Assembly: GCA_964016885.1 (NCBI GenBank)
Contig: OZ024742.1
Coordinates: 11,656,001 to 11,720,000, forward strand
Length of the DNA: 64,000 bases
Direction of reading: 5' to 3'
Source: Eledone cirrhosa
Lineage: Eukaryota
The notes below the pieces were generated by a model. The model had not been told where the DNA came from. It saw only the letters and a list, made by a program, of their open reading frames with translations, and did not search any database. The translations under genes and the position numbers were made by a program. Positions 1-10,100 of the stretch are shown here, piece after piece. The first letter of the stretch is position 1; every line of letters begins with the position of its first letter.

Positions 1-65
1 AAAACATACACATCCACACATACAATAACATCCATATCTACACATGCATACATACATACCTACCT
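1..65. repeat. Degenerate (ACAT)n/(ACCT)n microsatellite
   Basis: Interrupted ACAT units (acatacacat...catacatacatacctacct); truncated by the window start. Confidence 0.7.
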
Positions 66-66
66 A

Positions 67-162
67 GTTGATGTTGTGTAAATTCCAATGAGAGTGTCTT
101 GTGTCTATATTAGAAACCGACTCTCTCTCTATTGGTAAAACTTTGTGAAATTATAAAACCAG
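67..162 (+). mobile_element. Fragment of a dispersed repeat (probable 3' end of a SINE/LINE-type retroelement), copy A
   Basis: gttgatgttgtgtaaattccaatgagagtgtcttg...tattggtaaaactttgtgaaattataaaacca aligns by eye over about 95 bp with the reverse complement of 2899-2993. It runs directly into an (ACAT)n tail. The family assignment is inference. Confidence 0.6.
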
Positions 163-166
163 AAGA

Positions 167-368
167 ACATACATATATACATACTGACATACATATATAC
201 ATACATGCTGACTTACATACATACTGACATACATATATACATACATACATACATACATACATACATACATACATACATACATACATACATACATGCTGAC
301 ATACATATATACATGCATACATACATGCTGACATACATACGTATGTATGTATGTATGTATGTATGTAT
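167..368. repeat. (ACAT)n microsatellite with GCTG/ACTG interruptions, switching to its reverse complement (ATGT)n at 340/341
   Basis: Pure ACAT run at about 240-294; acatacatac|gtatgtatgt junction at 331-350. Confidence 0.95.
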
Positions 369-681
369 CACGATATTTAATGTCTATCACCTTTATATAA
401 ACCAAGCAAGACGTGAATATAACTGTACATTTGTCTAAACATTTACGATGACTCGTCCACGATGTAATTGTATCGAGAAGTTAACATCACATTTAGTCCT
501 ATTTCCCATCCTTTCTTGCTTTAATGGGGCCAGCCATTTCCATCGGTCGTAACAAACCCCAGACGGTGGAATGACTTTTTCAACACATCTTTACAGTCAG
601 AATTCAAATAATGCCTTCGTGGTTTTTAATCTAACAGAGCTACGAAACATTTACAATTAAATTATTAATGCACATAATAAT

Positions 682-833
682 TGTTTCTATGTTAGGCACT
701 GGTACTTTATTTTATCGACCCCGTAAGGATGAAAGGCAAAGTTAACCTCGGCAGGATTTGAACTCAGATAAAGGGACGTAACTATGCTGGAAAGCATGTC
801 CGACCCTCTACCGATACTGCCAATTCACCGCTC
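682..833 (-). mobile_element. tRNA-derived SINE flanked by a 16-bp target-site duplication
   Basis: TAATGCACATAATAAT occurs at both 666-681 and 834-849. The minus strand carries an A-box-like TGGCAGTATCGG (822-811) and a B-box-like GAGTTCAAATCC (765-754), followed by GCCTTTCATCCTTACGGGGTCGATAAAATAAAGTACCAGT, which resembles a conserved central domain of metazoan SINEs (recalled). Confidence 0.88.
754..822 (-). promoter_or_regulatory. Internal RNA polymerase III type-2 promoter (A box and B box) of the SINE
   Basis: A box TGGCAGTATCGG and B box GAGTTCAAATCC are separated by 45 bp, a tRNA-like spacing. Activity is unknown. Confidence 0.7.
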
Positions 834-1185
834 TAATGCACATAATAATGTTTAGAGAATATAATCATTTCATTTTAATCACATTTACGTTGAACTTTAA
901 ATATCCATAATCTTAAATAACGAGTATGGGCAGACGACATCGTTATTCTGGCCAACCATCGAAACCAATCGACTGTTTTCGAATGTTCGTGTGGAAATCA
1001 AACTACTTATTTATATCGCTTATAATCGCTTGGAAAACATGAAGCAACGATTACAATGATTACGAAGTTTGGGGGTAGATACATGTTGTATTATGGACTC
1101 TATATATATGTAGTGGCATAATGGCTTTCTTTCTATTTGTCTATGTATATGATTACACGTAGGCACGGATAGATTATATTATGTT

Positions 1186-1429
<244 letters not shown>

Positions 1430-1473
1430 GGTAAAGTAAAAAACAAAAACAATAACAAAGAGTGCAGTTACGA

Positions 1474-1630
<157 letters not shown>

Positions 1631-1734
1631 GGGTGGGGAGGGTGGCGGGACAGAAAGAGAAAAAGGAAGAGACAGACACAATAAAAATACAAACCTATTT
1701 ATAGCTGTATGAGGGTATTGTTCGTAAGTGACAA

Positions 1735-2685
1735 CATATATACACGCCACCACATATATTTATATACACAAATACAGCATATATACACACCACCACATAT
1801 ATTTATATACATAAATACACCATATATGCACACCACCACATATATTTATATACATAAATACACCATATATGCACACCACCACATATATATATGTACACAC
1901 CACCACATGTATTTATATACATAAATACACCATATATACACACAACCACATGTATTTATATACATAAATACAGCACATATACACACCACCACATATAATT
2001 ATATACATAATTACAGTATATATATATATATATATATATACATACCACTACCTATATTTATATACACACCACCACATATATTTATATACACTCCACCACA
2101 TATATTTATATACATATAATTACAGTATATATACACACCGCCACATGTATTTATATACATAAATACAGTATATATACACCACCACCACATGTATTTATAC
2201 ATATAACTGCAGTATATATATACACAACACCACATATATTTATATACATAATTACAGTATATACACACCACCACATGTATTTATATACACTCCACCACAT
2301 ATATTTATATACATATAATTACAGTATATATACACGCCGCCACATGTATTTATATACATAAATACAGTATATATACACACCACCACATGTATTTAAACAT
2401 ATAATTGCAGTATATATATACACAACACCACATGTATTTATATACATAAATACAGTAAATATACCCACCACCACATGTATTTATACATATAACTGCAGTA
2501 TATATATATATATACACAACACCACATATATTTATATACATAATTACAGTATATACACGCAACCACATGTATTTATAGACATAAATAATATATATACACA
2601 GCACCACATGTATATATAGACATAAATAATATATATACACAGCACCACATGTATATATAGACATAAATAATACATATACACGCCA
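1735..2685. repeat. Minisatellite, unit about 41-45 bp (CACCACCACATRTATTTATATACATAAATACAGTATATATA), about 20-25 copies
   Basis: CCACATRTATTTATATACA recurs, e.g. at 2141 and 2185 (44 bp apart). Unit length varies through an internal (TA)n, and some copies are truncated. Confidence 0.9.
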
Positions 2686-2718
2686 CTCGTTGCATTTAAG
2701 CACACATAAATACAGTAC

Positions 2719-2843
2719 ATACATGTGCACAAACTCACATGTGTACAAAAATACATGTGTACAAACATACATGTGTACAAACATACATGTGCATATACAT
2801 ACAGGTGCATATACATACATGTGCATATACATACATGTGCACA
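2719..2843. repeat. 16-bp minisatellite ATACATGTGYAYAWAC, about 8 copies
   Basis: Tandem atacatgtgtacaaac / atacatgtgcatatac units. Confidence 0.85.
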
Positions 2844-2898
2844 AGTATATTTATTTGTCAACTGGTATATATAATTGAGGGTATGTAAATATATATAT

Positions 2899-3115
2899 TT
2901 GGTTTTCATTTTTAAAAATTTCTCACCAATATTGAAAGAACCATTCTCCAGCCAAGAAACAAGAGTCTTTCATTGGAATCTAGACAACACAACCAGTTAG
3001 TCATGTTTGTCTATAGATTATCTCTATTTTTTTAATTATGTTATTTGAATCCTTCCAAGAAAGATGGAGCTGATTTCTAAGAAAGAAACACAGGAAAACT
3101 GCTGAAATTTCAATA
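2899..3115 (-). mobile_element. Dispersed repeat, copy B (homologous to 67-162, inverted)
   Basis: The reverse complement of 2899-2993 reads gttgtgttgtctagattccaatgaaagactcttg...tattggtgagaaatttttaaaaatgaaaaccaa, matching 67-162. The extension beyond 2993 to about 3115 is less certain. Confidence 0.55.
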
Positions 3116-3174
3116 AGGAACGTTTTGCATAATCTTTATTATTTTGTTTGTTATTTATTTATCTATTTATTGAA

Positions 3175-3242
3175 TCAATCCTTAGAGTGCGGCCATGCCG
3201 AGGCACTGGTTTAAAGAGATTTAGTTGATCATAGCGAGCCCC
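3175..3242. mobile_element. Possible decayed SINE fragment
   Basis: gagtgcggccatgccgaggcac...tagttgatcatagcgagcccc resembles a recalled abundant octopus interspersed repeat (gactgcggccatgctggagcac...atcgacccc). It follows a T-rich tract. Not verifiable within the window. Confidence 0.35.
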
Positions 3243-3248
3243 GTATAT

Positions 3249-3425
3249 CAGACATGCAAACTCCCGCCGTCGGGTGGGGAGATCACCCATCCGAAAGTGA
3301 GAGATGTCTTCTCTTGTGAAAATGTGTATAGCTTTTATTATGTAAAATATCCATATTTTCCCACCTTTGGGGGCAGTTTCTTTCATGGTGTACCTCGCTT
3401 GGGGCTCCAAAGGTTGGCAAGTCTG
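3249..3425. mobile_element. MITE-like non-autonomous DNA transposon (177 bp)
   Basis: Left end CAGACATGCAAAC versus reverse complement of the right end CAGACTTGCCAAC (11/13 match). The direct repeat GTATAT flanks both sides (3243-3248 and 3426-3431). Confidence 0.55.
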
Positions 3426-3654
3426 GTATATATATTTAGTCCTCACTTTGTATCGAACATCTGACAGGGTGACACATCATAAACACACACATACATGTAA
3501 ACATGCATGTACACACATATATATACGTGTGAGTGGTTGCATATCAGTATATACATTTATCAGTGTGTGTTAAAGTTTTATTTAAATATCTGCATGAGTG
3601 TGTGTGGGCGCGCATATGGTCGCGTGTGAGTACGTTTATATAACAGTGTATATG

Positions 3655-3657
3655 TAT

Positions 3658-3692
<35 letters not shown>
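3655..3692. repeat. (TA)n-(GT)n microsatellite
   Basis: Short TA run followed by about 12 GT units. Confidence 0.9.
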
Positions 3693-3782
3693 TTATGTGT
3701 TTGTATGTGAACATGTATGAATGTCTGTAGGTGTAGATTTGAGATTAAAACAACACATGCATTTATGTGAAGCTATTACGTG

Positions 3783-3930
3783 TGTCTATATATGTATATA
3801 TACTGCATATATATGTCTGTATGTGTGTGTGAGGGTGTGAGTGTGCGTATATATATATATATATATATATACGCACACTCACGCCCCAACACACATACAG
3901 ACATATATATGCAGCATATATACATATACA

Positions 3931-3934
<4 letters not shown>
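3783..3934. repeat. Near-perfect 152-bp palindrome centred on (TA)12
   Basis: The left arm 3783-3847 is the near reverse complement of the right arm 3872-3934. Bases 3837-3882 form a perfect 46-bp palindrome. Confidence 0.95.

Positions 3935-4010
<76 letters not shown>
3935..4010. repeat. Pure (TA)n microsatellite, about 38 units
   Basis: Uninterrupted TA run. Confidence 0.97.
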
Positions 4011-4011
<1 letters not shown>

Positions 4012-4112
4012 TGTTCATACAAAGAAGAAAGCGTTTGTCTACGACATTCGAGCTCCACACTGCTGTCGCTGAAATATGTATTTTCCAATAAATATGATTA
4101 TGTGAACGTTAA

Positions 4113-7100
4113 TTCCAGAACGTTAATTCCAGAAAGGTAATTCTAGAACGTTTATTCCAGAACGTTAATTCCAGAACGTTAATTCCAGAACATTTATGCA
4201 AGAACGTTAATTCCAGAACGTTAATTCCAGAACGTTAATTCCGGAACGTTAATTCCAGAACGTTAATTCCAGAAAGTTAATTCCAGAACGATAATTCCAG
4301 AACGTTAATTCCAGAAAGTTAATTCCAGAACGTTAATTCCAGAACGTTAATTCCAGAAAGTTATTCCCAGAACAATAATTTCAGAACGTTAATTCCATAA
4401 CGTTAATTCCAGAACATTAATTCCAGAACGTTAATTCCAGAAGGTTAATTCCAGAACGGTAATTCCAGAACTTTAATTCCAGAACGTTAATTCTAGAAAG
4501 TTAATTCCAGAACGTTAATTCCAGAACGTTAATTCCAGAACGTTAATTCCAGAACGTTAATTCCAGAAAGTTATTTTCAGATCATTAATTTCAGAACGTT
4601 ATTTCCAGAGCGTTTATTCCAGAACGTTTATGCCAGAACGTTAATCCCAGAATGTTAATTCCAGATCATTAATTCCAGAACGTTAATTCCACAACGTTAA
4701 TTCCAGAACGTTTATGCCAGAACGTTAATTCCAGAAAATTATTTCCAGAACATTAATTCCAGTACGGTAATTCCAGAACGTTAATTCCAGAACATTAATT
4801 CCAGAAAGTTATATCAAGATCATTAATTTCAGAACGTTAATTCCAGAACGTTTATTCCAGAACGTTAATTCCAGAACGTTAATTCCAGAATGTTAATTCC
4901 AGAACGTTAATTCCAGAAAGATAATTCCAGAACGTTAATTCCAGAACGTTAATTCCAAAACGTTAATTCCAGAAAGTTATTTCCTGATCATTAATTTCAG
5001 AACGTTAATTCCAGACCATTTATTCCAGAACGTTAATTCCAGAATCTTAATTCCAGAACGGTAATTCCAGAACGTTAATTCCAGAACATTAATTCCAGAA
5101 CGTTAATTCCAGAACGTTAATTCCATAACGTTAATTCCAGAACATTAATTCCAGAACGTTAATTCCAGAACGTTAATTCCAGAACGTTAATTCCAGAAAG
5201 TTAATTCCAGAACGTTAATTCCAGAAAGTTAATTCCAGAAAGTTAATTCCAGAACGTTAATTCCAGAACGTTAATTCGAGAAAGTTATTTTCAGATCATT
5301 AATTTCAGAACGTTAATTCCAGAACGTTTATTCCAGAACGTTAATTCTAGAATGTTAATTCCAGATCATTAATTCCATTACGTTAATTCCAGAACGTTAA
5401 TTCCGGTAAGTTATTTCCAGATCATTAATTTAATAACGTTAATTCTAGAACGTTTATTCCAGAACGTTAATTCCAGAACGTTAATTCGAGAACGTTATTT
5501 CCAGCAAGTTACTTCCAGAACGTTAATTCCAGAACGTTAATTCCAAAACGTTAATTCCAGAAAGATATTTTCAGATCATTAATTTCAGAACGTTAATTCC
5601 AGAACATTTATTCCAGAAAGTTAATTCCAGAACGTATAATTCCCGAACGTTAATTCCAGAACGTTAATTCTAGTACGTTAATTCCAGAACATTTATTCCA
5701 AAACGTTAATTCCAGAACGTTAATTCGAGAACGTTAATGCCAGAACGTTAATTCCAGAACGTTAATTCCAGAAAGTTAATTCCAGAACGTTAATTCCAGA
5801 ACATTTATTCCGGAACGTTAATTCCAGAACGTTTATGCCAGAACGTTAGTTCCAAAACGTTAATTCCATAAAGATATTTTCAGATCATTAATTTCAGAAA
5901 CGTTAATTCCAGAACGTTTATTCCAGAACGTTTATGCCAGAACGTTAATCCCAGAATGTTAATTCCAGATCATTAATTCCAGAACGTTAATTCCACAACG
6001 TTAATTCCAGAACGTTAATTCCAGAACATTAATTCCAGAACGTTAATTCCAGAACGTTAATTCCATAACGTTAATTCCAGAACATTAATTCTAGAACGTT
6101 AATTCCAGAACGTTAATTCCAGAACGTTAATTCCAGAAAGTTAATTCCAGAACGTTAATTCCAGAAAGTTAATTCCAGAAAGTTAATTCCAGAACGTTAA
6201 TTCCAGAACGTTAATTCGAGAAAGTTATTTTCAGATCATTAATTTCAGAACGTTAATTCCAGAACGTTTATTCCAGAACGTTAATTCTAGAATGTTAATT
6301 CCAGATCATTAATTCCAGAACGTTAATTCCACAACGTTAATTCCAGAACGTTTATGCCAGAAAGTTAATTCCAGAAAGTTATTTCCAGAACATTAATTCC
6401 ATTACGTTAATTCCAGAACGTTAATTCCGGAAAGTTATTTCCAGATCATTAATTTAATAACGTTAATTCTAGAACGTTTATTCCAGAACGTTATTTCCAG
6501 AACGTTAATTCGAGAACGTTATTTCCAGCAAGTTACTTCCAGAACGTTAATTCCAGAACGTTAATTCCAAAACGTTAATTCCAGAAAGATATTTTCAGAT
6601 CATTAATTTCAGAACGTTAATTCCAGAACATTTATTCCAGAAAGTTAATTCCAGAACGTATAATTCCCGAACGTTAATTCCAGAACGTTAATTCTAGTAC
6701 GTTAATTCCAGAACATTTATTCCAAAACGTTAATTCCAGAACGTTAATTCGAGAACGTTAATGCCAGAACGTTAATTCCAGAACGTTAATTCCAGAAAGT
6801 TAATTCCAGAACGTTAATTCCAGAACATTTATTCCGGAACGTTAATTCCAGAACGTTTATGCCAGAACGTTAGTTCCAAAACGTTAATTCCATAAAGATA
6901 TTTTCAGATCATTAATTTCAGAAACGTTAATTCCAGAACGTTTATTCCAGAACGTTTATGCCAGAACGTTAATCCCAGAATGTTAATTCCAGATCATTAA
7001 TTCCAGAACGTTAATTCCACAACGTTAATTCCAGAAAGTCAATTCCAGAACGGTAATTCCAGAAAATTAATTCCAGAACGTTAATTCCAGAACATTAATT

Positions 7101-10100
7101 CCAGAAAGTTATTTCCAGAACATTAATTCCAGTACGTTAATTCCAGAACGTTTATTCCAGAACGTTAATTCCAGAACGTTAATTCCAGAACGTTAATTCC
7201 AGAACGTTAATTCCAAAACGTTAATTCCAGAAAATTATTTTGAGATCATTAATTTCAGAACGTTAATTCCAGAACATTTATTGCAGAACGTTAATTCCAG
7301 AACGTTAATTCCAGAATGTTTATGCCAGAGCGTTAATTCCAGAACGTCAATTCTAGAACGTTAATACCAGAACGTTAATCCAAGTACGTTAGTTCCAGAA
7401 CGTTAATTGCAAAACGTTAATTCCAGAACGTTAATTCGAGAACGTTAATGCCAGAACGTTAATTCCAGAACGTTAATTCCAGAAAGTTAATTCCAGAACG
7501 TTAATTCCAGAACATTTATTCCGGAACGTTAATTCCAGAACGTTTATGCCAGAACGTTAATTCCAAAACGTTAATTCCATAAAGATATTTTCAGATCATT
7601 AATTTCAGAACGTTAATTCCAGAACGTTTATTCCAGAACGTTAATTCCAGTACATTAATTCCAGAACGTTTATTACAGAAAGTTAATTCCAGAACGTTGA
7701 TTCCAGAACATTTATTCCACAACGTTAATTCCAGAACGGTAATTCTAGAAAGTTTATGCCAGAACGTTAATTCCAGAACGTCAATTCCAGAACGTTAATA
7801 CCAGAACGTTAATTCCAGAACGTTAATCCCAGTACGTCAATTCCAGAACGTTAGTTCCAGAGCGTTAATTCCAGAACGTTAATTCCAGAACGTTAATTCC
7901 AGAACGTTAATTCGAGAACGTTTATGCCAGAACGTTAATTCCAGAATGTTAATTTGAGAACGTTAATTCCAGAACGTTAATTCCAGAACGGTAATTCCAG
8001 AACGTTAATTCCAAAATTTATTACCAGAATGTTAATTCCATAAAGTTAATTCCAGAACGTTAATTCCAGCAAATTAATTCCAGAACGTTAATTCCAGAAC
8101 GTTAATACCAGAAAGTCAATTCCAGAACGTTAATTCCAGAAAATTAATTCCAGAACGTTAATTCCAGAACATTAATTCCAGAAAGTTATTTCCAGAACAT
8201 TAATTCCAGTACGTTCATTCCAGAACGTTTATTCCAGAACGTTAATTCCAGAACGTTAAGTCCAGAGCGTTAATTCCAGAACGTTAATTCCAAAACGTTA
8301 ATTCCAGAAAGTTATTTTGAGATCATTAAATTCAGAACGTTAATTCCAGAACATTTATTGCAGAACGTTAATTCCAGAACGTTAATTCCAGAATGTTTAT
8401 GCCAGAGCGTTAATTCCAGAACGTCAATTCCAGAACGTTAATACCAGAACGTTAATTCCAGAACGTTAATCCAAGTACGTTAGTTCCAGAACGTTAATTC
8501 CAAAACTTTAATTCCAGAACGTTAATTCGAGAACGTTAATGCCAGAACGTTAATTCCAGAACGTTAATTCCAGAAAGTTAATTCCAGAACGTTAATTCCA
8601 GAACATTTATTCCGGAACGTTAATTCCAGAACGTTTATGCCAGAACGTTAATTCCAAAACGTTAATTCCATAAAGATATTTTCAGATCATTAATTTCAGA
8701 ACGTTAATTCCAGAACGTTTATTCCAGAACGTTAATTCCAGTACGTTAATTCCAGAACGTTTATTACAGAAAGTTAATTCCAGAACGTTGATTCCAGAAC
8801 ATTCATTCCAGAACGTTAATTCCAGAACGTTAATTCCAGAACGTCAATTCCAGAACGTTAATACCAGAACGTTAATTCCAGAACGTTAATCCCAGTACGT
8901 TAATTCCAGAACGTTAATTCCAGAACGTTAGTTCCAGAGCTATAATTCCAGAACGTTAATTCCAGAACGTTAATTCCAGAACGTTAATTCCAGAACATTT
9001 ATTGCAGAACGTTAATTCCAGAACGTTACTTCCAGAATGTTTATGCCAGAGCGTTAATTCCAGAACGTCAATTCCAGAACGTTAATACCAGAACGTTAAT
9101 TCCAGAACGTTAATCCAAGTACGGTAGTTCCAGAACGTTAATTCCAAAACGTTAATTCCAGAACGTTAATTCGAGAACGTTAATGCCAGAACGTTAATTC
9201 CAGAACGTTAATTCCAGAAAGTTAATTCCAGAACGTTAATTCCATACCATTTATTCCGGAACGTTAATTCCAGAACGTTTATGCCAGAACGTTAATTCCA
9301 AAACGTTAATTCCATAAAGATATTTTCAGATCATTAATTTCAGAACGTTAATTCCAGAACGTTTATTCCAGAACGTTAATTCCAGTACGTTAATTCCAGA
9401 ACGTTTATTACAGAAAGTTAATTCCAGAACGTTGATTCCAGAACATTTATTCCAGAACGTTAATTCCAGAACGTTAATTCCAGAACGTCAATTCCAGAAC
9501 GTTAATACCAGAACGTTAATTCCAGAACGTTAATTCCAGAACGTTAGTTCCAGAGCTATAATTCCAGAACGTTAATTCCAGAACGTTAATTCCAGAACGG
9601 TAATTCCAGAACGTTAATTCCAAAATTTATTACCAGAATGTTAATTCCAGAAAGTTAATTCCAGAACGTTAATTCCAGAACGTTACTACCAGAAAGTCAA
9701 TTCCAGAACGTTAATTCCAGTAAATTAATTCCAGAACGTTAATTCCAGAACGTTTATTCCAGAACGTTAATTCCAGAACGTTAATTCCAGAGCGTTAATT
9801 CCAGAAAGTTAATTCCAGAACGTTAATTCCAGAACGTTAATTCCAAAACGTTAATTCCAGAAAGTTATTTTGAGATCATTAATTTCAGAACGTTAATTCC
9901 AGAACATTTATTGCAGAACGTTAATTCCAGAACGTTAATTCCAGAACGTTTATTACAGAAAGTTAATTCCAGAACGTTGATTCCAGAACATTCATTCCAG
10001 AACGTTAATTCCAGAACGTTAATTCCAGAACGTCAATTCCAGAACGTTAATACCAGAACGTTAATTCCAGAACGTTAATCCCAGTACGTTAATTCCAGAA

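Noticed and set aside
754-833. Functional tRNA gene
   Set aside because: It has A and B boxes but no convincing cloverleaf, and it continues into a SINE-type body bounded by a TSD.
3159-3573. Three ORFs of 68-95 aa with more ordinary composition
   Set aside because: They are short, overlap on opposite strands, partly use non-ATG starts, span a MITE-like element and repeat remnants, and contain no recognisable motif.
4087-4092. AATAAA just upstream of the satellite
   Set aside because: It is expected by chance in AT-rich DNA, and there is no supporting exon or gene.
4113-4120. STAT/GAS binding motif in TTCCAGAA
   Set aside because: Canonical GAS is TTC-N3-GAA (N4 for STAT6). The spacer here is N2, which fits HSE geometry better.
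3776-4140. Mirror-image ORFs on both strands
   Set aside because: They result from the palindrome and the (TA)n tract.
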